Below the pieces are notes generated by a model. The model saw only the letters and a list, made by a program, of their open reading frames with translations. It had not been told where the DNA came from and searched no databases. A DNA stretch of 64,000 nt from NCBI RefSeq assembly GCF_009914755.1, contig NC_060929.1; one strand, 5' to 3'. The position numbers and the translations under genes are program-made. Below, piece after piece: positions 36,118-51,039 of the stretch. Origin of the DNA: the human T2T-CHM13v2.0 reference genome, Homo sapiens. How positions within the stretch are numbered: the first letter of the stretch is position 1; each line of letters starts with the position of its first letter.

Positions 36118-36563
36118 CTTTGTGGTTTTATCTACTTTTGGTCTTTGATGATGGTGATGTACAGATGGGTTTTTGGTGTGAATGTCCTTTCTGTTTGTTA
36201 GTTTTCCTTCTAACAGGCCCCTCAGCTGCAGGTCTGTTGGAGTAGCCGGCCGTGTGAGGTGTCAGTCTGCCCCTGCTGGGGGCTGCCTCCCAGTTAGGCT
36301 ACTCGGGGGTCAGGGACCCACTTGAGGAGGCAGTCTGTCCGTTCTCAGATCTCAAGCTGCGTGCTGGGAGAACCACTACTCTCTTCAAAGCTGTGAGACA
36401 CAGGGACATTTAAGTCTGCAGAGGTTATTGCTGTCTTTTTGTTTGTCTGTGCCCTGCCCCCAGAGGTGGAGCCTAGAGAGGCAGGCAGGCCTCCTTGAGC
36501 TGTGGTGGGCTCCACCCAGTTGGAGCTTTCTGGCTGCTTTGTTTACCTAAGCAAGCCTGGGCA

Positions 36564-36818
36564 ATGGCGGGCGTCCCTCCCCCAGCCTCACTGCCGCCTT
36601 GCAGTTTGATCTCAGACTGCTGTGCTAGCAATCAGCGAGACTCTGTGGGCATAGGACCCTCCGAGCCATGTGCGGGATATAATCTCCTGGTGCGCCATTT
36701 TTTAAACCCGTCGGAAAAGCACAGTATTCGGGTGGGAGTGACCCGATTTTCCAGGTGCCGTCTGTCACCCCTTTCTTTGACTAGGAAAGGGAACTCCCTG
36801 ACCCCTTGGACTTCCTGA
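36564..36818 (+). CDS. L1 antisense ORF0-like frame (84 aa)
   Basis: ATG in gcaATGg; MAGVPPPASLPPCSLISDCCASNQRDSVGIGPSEP... resembles the primate L1 ORF0 peptide. Expression unknown. Confidence 0.7.
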   Translation: MAGVPPPASLPPCSLISDCCASNQRDSVGIGPSEPCAGYNLLVRHFLNPSEKHSIRVGVTRFSRCRLSPLSLTRKGNSLTPWTS

Positions 36819-37920
36819 GTGAGGCAATGCCTCGCCCTGCTTTGGCTCATGCACGGTGCACACACCCACTGACCTGCGCCCACTGTCTGGCACTCCCTAG
36901 TGAGATGAACCCGGTACATCAGATGGAAATGCAGAAATCACCCGTCTTCTGCGTCGCTCATGCTGGGAGCTGTAGACCGGAGCTGTTCCTATTCGGCCAT
37001 CTTGGCTCCTCCCCCTCAAACCGCTTTCAATAACAGCAAAATTGATAAAGCATACTTTTCTGATAGGAAGATAAGGAAAGGTTGATCCCCCATTCATAGA
37101 AGTTGGGCCTCGTTCCATGCTGAAGAAGCCTTACAACTTGCCCTAATGGACAGATACATCTATATGTTCTGATTTTAGAGGCAATAAATACCATCTTACA
37201 CTCCCCTCCAAAGGTACTACTTTCTCTTACCTACTTGCTCATTCATTCATTCAATTCATTCGTTCATTCAATTCAACGAATATATGTTAAGCCTGTTATG
37301 AGACAGTCACTGTTTCAGATGCTGGGACTACATAGGGTAAATAACTGTCCTGGTTTCCCCACTAACCCGGGTTTAGCACTGAAAGTCCTGTGTCCTGGGA
37401 ATCCCTTCTGTCCTGGGCCAGTGTTGGTCATCCTAGAGCTTACATCAGTGACGTAGGATTGAAATTTTAGCCAGGGAGACCCCAGAAAGCCTTTACTAGA
37501 AAGGTTACTTTCAAGAAAAGACCTGGAGCGGATAAGGACAATAGCTGCACCGATATCTTGGGGAAGAGCAGTCCAGAAAGTCCAAGCCTCAGGCAGGAGC
37601 TTCCCTGTCATGTTCCAGGGACAGCCAAGAAGCCACGGTTGCTGGGGACATAGTGAGAGGAGGGGAGGACAATGGGAGATGAGATCTCAGAAATACCAGG
37701 AGTTAGATCATGTGAGGACTTGTGAGTCTTAGCAAGGATTTTTGGCTTTTACTCTGAGCAACATGAGAGGATACTGAAAGGTTTTCAACAGGGAAAGAAC
37801 AGGCTTACTTTGGCTGTTGTGTTAAGAATAAGCCACAAAGAGGTAAGATCAGAGAGACAAGGAAGCTAAGCATTTAAATAATCCTTTTGAAAGTTCTAGT
37901 CCCACTGAGTTGTTCCAAAG

Positions 37921-39303
<1,383 letters not shown>

Positions 39304-39305
39304 AC

Positions 39306-39570
39306 TTTGAGTGGCCAAGGCAGGAGGATCGTATCAGGCCAGGAATTCCAGTCCATCCTGGGCAATGCAGGGAGACCCCGTCTCTACAAAAAAAAAAAAA
39401 AAAATGAGCCAGATGCAGTGGCACACACCTATAATCATAGCTACTTGAGAGGCTGAGGCAGGAGGATTGTTTGAGCCCAGGAGTTTGAGGCTGCAGTGAG
39501 GTATGTTTGCACCACTGCACAGCAGCCTCAGTGACAGATTTGAACACTGCCTCTTAAAAAAAAAAAAAAA
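39306..39570 (+). mobile_element. Alu (old, 5'-truncated)
   Basis: Sense Alu. Confidence 0.85.
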
Positions 39571-42500
39571 TGGAGACAGTGTTTTTACTGTACTACCACT
39601 TGGTTCAATGGGGGCAGAGTGTTTATACATATTTCTTGTACATACATTTCTGACTGAACATGAAAGAACTGAAACTTGGTTGACTGGGGGAATTGGATGC
39701 TTGAGGGACGGGACACCCTTTTTTAACTTTTGAATTTTGAGCCACATGACTGTCTTACTTAGTTAATTAATTAAAATGAGATTAACTTTTTAAAAATGAA
39801 TCTTGTATACATTATGCAATGCTCCTCTAACAGACACTTAAAAATAAAATGAAACTGGCAATATAAAATAGTGTTTTAATTTTTCCTTTTTATTTTTTAT
39901 TCTAGATCATGATTATATAGTTCATCTCATTAACAATTAATGACCTTTTAAACATTGGGTTATATAGATATATCTGAATTTATTCATATATATCTGAATT
40001 TATTTTTCAAAATGGATTACCTTTATAATAAAGAAACTATTGGAATTAACACTGTCTACCTAAATAGTTGCTTACCACAAGTGAAATGACGGTATTCAAA
40101 ATCTAGACTGGTTTGTGTTAGTTTTTTTAGTTTATTTAATTTAACTGGGGCTTTCCTGGAATTCATAAAATGTCAAGAAGCTGTTTCATGTCATTTTGAT
40201 TTTTACTTTTAAATTTGTATTGGGGTATAAGATACATACAAAAAAGTATACAAGTTGCAAATGTACAGCTTGATGAATGTTCATAAACTGAACACTGTCA
40301 TGTACACAGCAGTAAGATCAAGAAATAGAACATTACCAGCACCTCATTTCCTTCTATTTACTCTCCTCTTCCCTGGGATAATCAATATTGAGACTTCTGA
40401 GAGCATAGCTTTGTACTGCCTGCTTTTTACCTCATACAAATGTAATTTTACAGTATTGCCCTTTTGTGTCTGTCTTCTTTTAGTGAATACTATGTTTGTG
40501 AGATTCATCCATATTGTAGTTATAAATCATACATTCTCATTGCATATAGCATTCCATTGTGTGAATATGCCACAACTTAGTTACCTATTCTATTACTGAT
40601 GGCTATTTGCGTAGTTCCCAGTCTTGGTCATTTATGAATGAGCTGCTTTGAACATTCTTGTGCATGTTTTTCAGGGGGAGCATTTGCATACATTATCCCC
40701 CCAGGAGTGGAATCATTTGATACAGATATGTGAAGCTCTCATAGATGCTGCCAAACATTTTTTTTCTAAACAGGTGTACCAATTTACACTGCTATCAGCA
40801 CTAATGAGAGTCCAGTTGCTCCCCATCCTCCCCCCAAATTTCATATTTTTTGTTTTAGTTATTCTGGTGGGTGTGTAGGGTATCACCAGAAGCTGGTTTT
40901 TGGAAATTCTAATTGTTTTCAAAAATTCTTTAAGCTGGATAGGTTATAAATACCAAATAAGTTGAAGCTGAGAAAATGCAAGTCAAAGAGAACCCTACTT
41001 TTATGTATACCCTTATTTAATACTTGGGGGTTCTTATTATATGCATGTATTAACTTGAAAAAATAAATATATGTTCCTCTATTCTTGAAGTTCAGAAGCT
41101 GTTGAGTGATGACCATTTTGCTAGTCAGAAATGTGTCACTACTTTTCTAAGTCAACAGGGGGCCATGTACTGATAATAATCTCAAAGTAGACTAAAGTCA
41201 TGTACTAGTTTACCGCCAAAGAAACGCTTTACATAGGCAAAGATTTCCAGCATCAGCACCAGCTAAAGCCCTCACAAAATCCTCTTCAGATGCAGCTGAC
41301 TAGTACAGTTATGTGCAAACCATCAGGAAATGGAAATGAGAAAACAGCATGTTTTGTGTAAGAAAAAAAAGGGGTGGCAGGGTGTGGATTCCAACCTGGT
41401 AGTGAATTTCCCGTCACATGTAAGCTCCTCAGTGTGGTGCTGGTGTCTAAGTTCCCCCGGGTTAGAATCCACATCTCATCCCACTATAACCAGCTATCCC
41501 CTATAACCAGCTATCCCTGAGTTGCTGTTGATCTTTCTGTTGCCATCTCTCCCTTCTCACACCACACACCCGCCAGGCTGCTGTGTATTTCTTTCTTCTG
41601 CAGGGTTGAGACCAAGTCGCAGGGCTGTCCCTGGGGTATGACTACCCAGATCAGGAGCTACATACTGGAGCTGATGGACCACTTAAACATCATGTACCAG
41701 ACCCCTGGGAAAAAGGGGACCTATAGCATCCACTCCAACCGTTTCCTATTAAGACAGAGAAAGATGAACTAAGACATCTATTAGCAGCTCACAAAGATGA
41801 TAGAAATTAAGATTTGAATGGCTATTCCCAGAACTTAGTGCTTCTGTTTTCCAATGCCTATCAAAAACAACAACATTTCAGAATGACTAGGCAACCCAAG
41901 GGTTACACACAGTGCAGAAGTCATGGGGTATTTGGTGGGGTAGCCTGGTCAGGACAGACTATTTTCTGTCTGTCACTAACTGTATGTCCAATGAATTGGA
42001 ACTTCTGACCAGGAGAAGGGACCTCTGGGTCGGGCCAGGTGAGTGGGAATGTCCATGAGTCAGATGAGGTTATAAAAAGTTTGGGGAGCTTTTGAGAAAA
42101 ACAATCTACTGAAAAGAAAGCATAGAGTAACTCTAAAGAGTGTGATCTCTGGCTTCATTCGGCCCAGCTGACGTCCTCTCTCAGCTCTGTGCTTACTATT
42201 GACATGATCTTGGGAAAGTTCTCATCTGGCCTCCATGGGCCTCAGCACTGTCATCAGTAAAATCGGGCTGGTCAAATCCCTACCTCACAGGGCTATTGTA
42301 AGGATTACTAATGCTTACAAAGCACTTAGCACAGCTAACTCCACATAGGAAGTGCTCATAAAGTTACAGTTATCTGCTTAAAAAAAAAAGCCACAAAAGG
42401 GCATGTGACAGGCTAATCATCCTGTTAGAAAGCATTTGAGGAAAAGCAGAAGAGAGGAAATTTCAGAGCTAGAAAGGGAACTCAGGATGCAATTACCATG

Positions 42501-44099
42501 CTGAGAGGATAGTTCTGGGAAACTGGAGGTGTCCAGAATGAACAAGAATATCAGCTGGAGGACTCCTCTGTGGAAAGCCAGGAGATGCTGGAGACGCTGG
42601 ATATGCTGGCTAATCTGCAAGCCCTGAGGGAAGCATTTTCACCTGTGGTGGAAGGAAGCCCTGAGATAACAAGCAAAAACAAAAAGCTCAGCTGTTTCTC
42701 TAAGAACTAGGAAATTAAAGGCAAAAACTCAAGCATGGGCAGCAGTTGGAGGCACCAGCAGGAGCCACAGGCACGGTCAGAGCCGGGCTCAGGAAGGGCT
42801 CGCTGATGGCAAGGGAAAGGCAATGAAAGCACCCTGGGAAGAGGCTGTTTTGTGCTCTAAGTTTATGCCAAACCAAATGCAAAGACAAATCTGAAAAGTC
42901 ACCCAGCTTCAACTTCTAATTTTCCATATGAAGAAACCAAGACCCTTTAAAGAGGAGTAATTGTGCAGTGGTTGGCTATGCATGAACGTGTTGGGACAAA
43001 TGCATGTATGTGGCCACTGCAATAGACAGGGTGCTGGACAGGACAGGTAAACTGAGGAAAACCTGTGCACCTGCAGAAGAGAGTTTTAGAAGGAAAATCC
43101 ACCTCATCAACCTTTTAGTATCGTCATCCTGGCAAGAAAAAATAACGGGGGTTAGTGGCAGTAGGAAAATGTAAGGCAAATGAAATCTTCGGTTTGGGGG
43201 CTACTTGGGGGAACATGTATTCCGTAACCCCAAATATACCTTCTATTTATAGCAGAAGTTGAAAGCCCAAATGCCTTTAAGGTAAGGTAAATATGTGAAC
43301 CAGAAGAGTGCAGGGCAGCTGGGTGTGGTACAGACCAGCAAATGGGAAGGGTGGAAGCGCCACATAAAGGAATTCACATTCAATTTTTTAAAAACACTGG
43401 CCTTGCCAAAGGAAACGCAGAAGCTGGCTCCATTTCCACATCAGCAGTTTGCAAACACTGTTCTGTACAGTGTTAACATGTAAAACCACCATTAAACACA
43501 GTGTTAAAACATCATTAAACATCATACTAAAATATAAAACATCATTAAACACAGTGTTAAAGTATCTTCAATGGTTTAAGGCTAAATGAAACATATTTAG
43601 TCTAAAAAGGCCTGTGAAAAGTCAGTTTCATTTTAAAAGAGATCCCAGTTGAGTGGGAAATGAAAAGTCCTGACATTTTTCCATCTACATATTGGTAAAA
43701 GGAACATTTTAGCACTTATATGAGATGGTTTCTATCTCTTCCTTGAAAAAAAAAAAAAAGGAGATGATATCCTTTACTTCCAGCACCAAGCATAGGGTTT
43801 AAAACATTGTATTAATGGTACCTAAATGTTTATTGAGTGAATAAATAGGATTTCAAATAGAACAAAGCACTGGTCAGAGACAGAACAATAACCGAGTATC
43901 TTTTGAGGTTGTAAAATGAAGGGGGTGGATCGCCAGCTCTAAGTCTCCTCTTCTTCTTTGGGATTTATTTTTAACCCCCAACATCTTTGTACACAGCCAT
44001 GGACTTCAGTCTTATGACCTCCCTCATCTGGTTGACTCCAGTAGAGATCAGAGAACATAGGCAGCCTCCCAAGGACAGTTTATTGCAGAACTCACTTCC

Positions 44100-44407
<308 letters not shown>

Positions 44408-45659
44408 CTCACTTCCTAAGTGGTATCCAAGCAGACTTAGTTCTCTGGGAATGGGGCAAAGAAACTTCAGGGAGCATGCTGATGATCCATCTAACTCCCT
44501 AACTTCGTGGTTCTTGAGAACAAAGAGGGGACACCCACCTCACAGAGTTGTGTGGGGTAAATAATGTTGTGTAAGTAAAAGGCTTAGTGCCTTTTACATA
44601 CATGGTGGATATTATCATCTATTATGGAAATAAGTGAATAATTTTTTAAATGGACCTAATTGGGGGTGGGGGCATGGGATAGTTAGGACAACAAATTGAG
44701 AGGCCCAGAAAAAACAAAAATATTTTGACAGCACCTATAAATCATTCTGGAAAAGCTGGGAGTCGATAATTTTTTTAAAAAACGAAAATTCCCTACGTTC
44801 GAGTACAAATCCTTTTATATACATCTATACACTTAGGTATGCATAAAATTCCTCTGGAAGAACGGTTAACAGGCAATAGTGGTTACCTCCAGGGAGGGGA
44901 CTTGATCTGCAACAGCAGCTGGGGAAAGGCTTCTAAATTTTTTTTGCCATGTTTGTTCTTGGAGAAATAAAGATTAAAAAAGTAAAATTTTTGCCATGTG
45001 TCTATATTACCTATTAAAAATTCATAATTCACTTCTAAATTTAATGCTACTAGTTTAAAATTTCTCCCAAGTTTTGCCACATTTTGAGGAAACTGAAATT
45101 GGGAACGTCGGCTTTCAGCCTTTATTGAGTGTTAGAGTGCTTATACCGCCTCCTAGTGCCAGATACCCACGACTGCGGCTGCTCCCTGCAGCCACCGCGG
45201 GGCTCACTCTAGACCTGTTCATCTCACCAGTGCTCACCAGGTGAATACCTTAACTAGTTAACGCATTAACTAACTAAACTGTTACCTATTCGGATACTCC
45301 AATGCCTTCAAGGTGTTTTTTTTTTTTAATCTAGGTACTGTGAAGAATGACTTTACCTCATGCCTCATTCTTGCTGACCCCAGATCACAGTTGGGGGTGG
45401 AGGAGCCAATGAAATAATAGATCACTTGAATAACAGTATATCCTTTCACCTTTTCATTTCTTTTTCCATTTTAAACTTGACATACTTAGAAGCAAAAGGA
45501 CATTTTTACTTTCTCAGTTGTATTTCAAACACATGTCACTTTAGCCGTTAAATTTGTATTAATTCATCAGGTGTTGCAGTAACTTTCTTCTCTGCATGTG
45601 TTGAAATGGAGGTTGTTTGTCCACATACAGAATTTTTTTACATGCTTTTATTTGGGTAA

Positions 45660-46040
<381 letters not shown>

Positions 46041-46884
46041 TAATGTTTTTATTATTTTAAAATCAATGTATTCTCATTATAAAAATATTTTGGAAAATAC
46101 AGTGAAACATGAAGAATAAAATAAAACAAGCCTTAATTCCGCCATCAATAGGTAACTACTGTTAACATCTCTATTCCCTCCAGTTCTTCTAATGTCTATG
46201 TTTTTATATCGTTTTCATGCTGAATTTTGAAGTCTTCAAAGTACATTTCTGCTTCCATTTATAAATGTTAAAAGTCTGTCCTTGTTAAATATTACAAACA
46301 TATTCTTATTAGAAACTACTGTGTTATTAGAAACTGCAAGGCATGTTTGGGTATAGGGGTAGAAGGTCATTTTGAACATACCCGCCAATTCAGGGTTAGT
46401 ATTGGACTCCTCTACTAAAGCCGCATTTGTGTCCCGTTATACTGGATGTATATCACACAGGAGATCACACTCCAGGCTGAAGATCTTCCAGGACTTCATC
46501 CCCTGATTCCATAATCTTGACGCCTTGGCCTTTGACAAATATCTGAGCATCGAATGGACTTCTCAGAGGCCTCTCTGGCAGCCTAAGTGGGCCATGGTGC
46601 ATGATCCCAGGTGAGCGAGAGGACGGTCAGGGTCGGGGCAAAAGTGCAAGAGGCAAAAGGGACGCTAGGCAGGTTTGAAATCTGAGCGAGTGGCAACCTC
46701 GCTTTTTCTTATCTTACTTTTCGGTGGTTCCACCCATTTGGGTGAACAATCTGGATTACCTCCTTGGCAGGCCAGGTTCCCAACAGGAGGCGGGCCTGAT
46801 GAAGGGCTGGTGGGCGTGTTCCCGCCCAAGGTCCGTGTTGGCCCGCGCGGTGGCTGGGAGGCCCTCCCCACGCCCAACTGCGGG

Positions 46885-46890
46885 TATAAA
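46885..46890 (+). promoter_or_regulatory. BHMT TATA box
   Basis: gggTATAAAgagg in GC-rich context ~105 nt upstream of the expected start codon. Confidence 0.75.
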
Positions 46891-46990
46891 GAGGCAGGCT
46901 GCGGACTCGGAGCAGCTCGGGGCTGCGCAGCGGGAAGGCTCGCCTAGTCGGTCCGCATCCGTGTCGACCACCTGTCTGGACACCACGAAG

Positions 46991-47023
46991 ATTCCACCCG
47001 TTGGGGGCAAAAAGGCCAAGAAG
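46991..47023 (+). CDS. BHMT: BHMT (betaine-homocysteine S-methyltransferase 1) exon 1; first codon is ATT, not ATG
   Basis: ATT-CCA-CCC-GTT-GGG-GGC-AAA-AAG-GCC-AAG-AAG = (I/M)PPVGGKKAKK, donor GTGAGT at 47024. 33 nt, same as BHMT2 exon 1. Confidence 0.92.
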
Positions 47024-49361
47024 GTGAGTCTCCAGGGGACCCGAGGGCGCTCTCCTTCCCCTCCCACCTGCTCTGTATCCCAGCCTCTGGGAGCGCAGAG
47101 GGGCCCTCGGACCCTGCCTGGTACCCATCATCCTCCTACTCCCTCCCCTCCCTCAGCCTCAGACCAGAATGTGCTTCCAGAACTTCTCCAGCAGGACCCC
47201 AAGGCGCCTCTGAGCCTCCCCACTCCTGCCCCACGTTCAGAGCGCGCCCCCAGAGCGCCTCTGTCCCCTCCAGCCCCAGCCCAGCTTGGACCAGAGTGCG
47301 CCCCAGATCTATGTGATCCTTGCCTCTCAGACCCAAAGGCACCCTCTGAGCCCTCCCTGACGGCTGGGTGTCCCCAGAACTCCGAGCCTTCCAATATCTT
47401 CTGAATCTGGCACCCCAAGACCAGAAAACTCCCTAGAGATACTGCTCCTAGCCCCGCAGGCGCGATATCCCGTCCCCACGGAGCCCCTCCGCATCTGTGT
47501 CCGAGGCCGCCGCGAGCGCCCTCTGCACCCGGCGCGCCCAGAACAGGGAGGAGTGCACGGCGCTGGCTCCGACATTTCCCGCCTGGATCTGCACCGCGGG
47601 TGTCGGGGCCGCCTCCCCGCCGGGTTCTCGCTGCACCCAAGGCCCAGGCGCTGGTTGGGTGATTGCAGATTTTCACAGGCAATTTGATGTCCGTGATGAC
47701 AGAAAAATGTCATCCGAAATGTCAGCCTCGAAAACATGGTTTAAGAAAAAATGGGCAGAGTGGCTGTAAGATACTGAGGAAGGGCTGTTGATGAAATTGT
47801 AAAACCCAATTCCAGCTCCAGATGAACAAGTCCATCTCTTGGCTATCCCAGTGGCTTGTTGGGAGGGGTATTTTCAGTCCAGACGGTAGGCCTTCCTCTA
47901 ATTTGGGGAACGGATGGATAGATGGACTGACTGCCGTGGAATGAGACTGGACAGGTGGGAAGAGAGAGAGAAGGATGGAGGGAGGAGAGAATAAACTTGA
48001 CCTTTTGGTCAAATGCCCAGTCCCAGGCCTGGCACGACAGAGGCCCCCGGAAAATGGTAGGGAGGCAGATGGGGCCAGGCCAACTGTATCCTCTGGGCTG
48101 TAAGGACAGTGAGAAAGGTCCAGCTCTCATCCCAGTGCCTGCCCTGCTGGAGAACCAGCTGAGGTGTGCCCAGTTTCTAAAGGGATGGCCTCCCAAATCA
48201 AAAAGACCTCTACACAAGGAAGAAGGTCAATTCGGTTACAGATTCTAAATGCAGCATCGTGGATGCATGTTGATGGCATGAGTGGGTGTTGAGATGGCAA
48301 AGGACTATGGACTATCACCAGTCAAAGGAGGGTGAGAATTTCGCCAGTCCCTAAATGTACTAAATGAATAGTCCACAGAGACTGGGAAGGATGATTCCTA
48401 TAGATATAGATATTTTTTGTTTGTCCCCATTCTCATAGCCACGTAAGTCTAACTTATTCCCCAAACTCAAACTCAGAAAATCTAACATTTTAAAGAATTA
48501 TCTTTGTAGAATTATCTAAGCAACAGATGAATGTAAGATGGAAAAAACAGTTTCCTAGTAACTTGTTTCCGTGCATATGTCAGTGTTAAAACAATATATG
48601 GACAATAACATGTCTACACATTTGAGTTTAAAATTAAAATAAATGTTACAAAGTTTGCACATGTTCATTATAAACAATGAGGGAAAGCACAAAGAACAGT
48701 GCCTGTTAAATTCTGGTGTATATTCTGCTAGTTTGTTGTTGAGGCAAATATGCACTTCTTAGACAAAAATGGGCTGATATTACATATACTGTTTTGTAAT
48801 ACTTTTTCACAAAATGGTATATTTTTTTCATAGCACATTCCACCTTTTAAAAAGTCTGTTTAGCTTGGGAACAGAAAATCCTGAAGTCTAGATAATTTTA
48901 AAATGCAATAGAATGTAAGAGATCATATTTCCAGAGGTAACCACTCAACAAGTGCATGAGCCACATAGTAATTGAATCGCCACTACCCACCCTGCCACCC
49001 AGCATCAGATCCTTAGCTATGCTGCACATTAAAATGCTGTGGTACTAAAATTTGAAAACACACACGTTCAATGGGAGCTGCTAACTGCCCAAATGTCATG
49101 AATTATTTTATCCAAATAAAAGTTAGTAGCAAGTCATATCTCATTTAAGTGACCCTTGTTATGTTTTTTATGTAACTGTGCTGGCAGTAGTATATATATA
49201 TATATATTTATATATATGTATACATATATATATTATTGTTGTTGTTAATTAGGTCATAATCAAAGTTGCAGTTTTCAGATGTGACATTTAGATACATTGC
49301 AATCATGACAAATATTTGGATTTCAAAATGACGTGTGAGCCATTTATATTTTTGTTGTGCT

Positions 49362-49393
49362 TTGTTATCTTATGGGCTCCCATAAGATAACAA
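49362..49393. repeat. Perfect 15-bp inverted repeat with 2-nt spacer
   Basis: TTGTTATCTTATGGG-CT-CCCATAAGATAACAA. Confidence 0.95.
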
Positions 49394-50291
49394 GGCTTCA
49401 ACACTATGGCTTGAAAATGTTTTGATCTGAAAGGTATATTAGGGAACACACAGCATAATCCTACCACTTTGCTTCTGTCTGGTGAAATGTCAATTGTTTC
49501 CTCTCTCTGAGCACCAGCTGTCCAAATGGCATGGGAAGGGGCAGTGGAGGGGAAGAGAATGAAAATGAGGGAGGTTCTAAGAAGGTGGCAAGGAATTGGG
49601 ATGCAAAATCCTGTGACTGCCTCTCACAGATTTCTGGAATCTTGTTATTATGTCAGCTTTTGTTTTATCCACTGTTATTGGTAGTAAGTGGAACACACTG
49701 GGTAAATACGTCCCAAGTTATTCCTTTACACTATACAGTTTTTTTCAGGGCTGTCCCACCACCCCCAATCCCATTTGAAATCAAATATAGATGTTATTTA
49801 AGCATAAAAGAGTCAGGAAGCCCTATGCTCCCCATCTGGAAAACCATGTATAAATTACTCAGGGACTCTGGGTCTTAATTTCTCATTTGTGAAATGAGAG
49901 AGAGATCTCAATTGAATTGAGTACTATTTATTTTTAAAGTCTATGATTCTTTGAAATTACAAAAAATCTATTAAACTAGAGAATTACTTTGTAATTCACA
50001 AAACCCTTTCAAAATACTTAATTCCAAAGTTATCCATAGAACAACACCAGGGTGATTACTGCACAGTATTGTAAATGGAATAAGTATGGAGATTGGGCTG
50101 AAAAATCATTCAACAAATACTTTAGTTGTCTCTTCCTTGTTCTCATCATAGAGTACAGCATGTGCACACTCATAACCTGGACTGTATAGCATAGCTACTG
50201 TTGTGGAAACTGAATTTTAACACCAAAGATAGAAGTCTTTGAGTGATTTGGCCACCTTTTCAGTCTTAAAATAAAATGGCTTAATAGCATT

Positions 50292-50423
50292 GCTGGGCAC
50301 TGTGGCACGAGCCTGTAGTTTTGGCTGCTGGGGAGGGTGAGACTGGAGGATCTTCTGAGCCCAGGAGTTCAAGTTCCTCTGGGCACATAGTGAGATGCTG
50401 TCTCTAAGAAAAAAAAAAAAAAA
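50292..50423 (+). mobile_element. FLAM / Alu monomer
   Basis: Single arm with poly(A); TSD aatagcatt. Confidence 0.8.
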
Positions 50424-50871
50424 TAGCATTCTATGCCATTTCAACTTCTTTAACAATTTTTTAACCCTCTCTTTAGTTTGTTGATAGAGTAAGAAGACTA
50501 GTATTTACCATTTTAAGAATCTGTGCTTAAGTGCAGATTTGAGGCTTTACAACAAAATCTTTTCATTTAATCCCTCAGCAGACAGTTCTTCAAACACACC
50601 TCCCATGGTGTTCTTCAAATACTCTTTAACGTGTTAAGAAAGACCCCCCCACCCACAGCACATACAAAGGAATACACAAATGTTTATTTTATGAGCATTC
50701 TGGTTGTTTGTCTTATAGATAGCCATAAATGTATATATAAAATATACATTTTTCTCTGAAAATTCTAAAATAACCACACATCTCCAAGAATATGTTAGCA
50801 AAAGTAATAAAAATAGAAAATTATCTTAAACACTCAAGTAACTCCTTTTCCTCCCTCATCTGTAATTTTAG

Positions 50872-51004
50872 GGCATCCTAGAACGTTTAAATGCTGGAGA
50901 GATTGTGATTGGAGATGGAGGGTTTGTCTTTGCACTGGAGAAGAGGGGCTACGTAAAGGCAGGACCCTGGACTCCTGAAGCTGCTGTGGAGCACCCAGAA
51001 GCAG
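50872..51004 (+). CDS. BHMT: BHMT exon 2
   Basis: [44 protein letters not shown]; AG/GTTGGT; 133 nt. Confidence 0.96.
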
Positions 51005-51039
51005 GTTGGTGCAGAGCTCTATTGTAAGTTCTCATAAAG

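Larger units (their letters stand above)
46770..47650. promoter_or_regulatory. BHMT CpG island promoter / exon 1 / start of intron 1
   Basis: CpG-dense, with GC boxes (ggcggg, cccgccc) upstream of a TATA box. Confidence 0.85.

Noticed and set aside
41484-41517. 17-bp tandem duplication ctataaccagctatccc x2 (similar short duplications near 39970-40003 and 43480-43560)
   Set aside because: Ordinary slippage-type microduplications with no functional hint.
45250-45275. HNF1-like GTTAACGCATTAAC upstream of BHMT
   Set aside because: Half-site spacing is one base longer than GTTAATNATTAAC; not supportable without ChIP data.
46665-47769. Overlapping 70-226 aa Pro/Arg/Gly-rich ORFs on both strands, and loose gcgcctctg-type repeats in BHMT intron 1
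   Set aside because: Expected in stop-poor CpG-island DNA. The 226-aa ORF just reads through the exon 1 donor, and the repeats are too degenerate to call.
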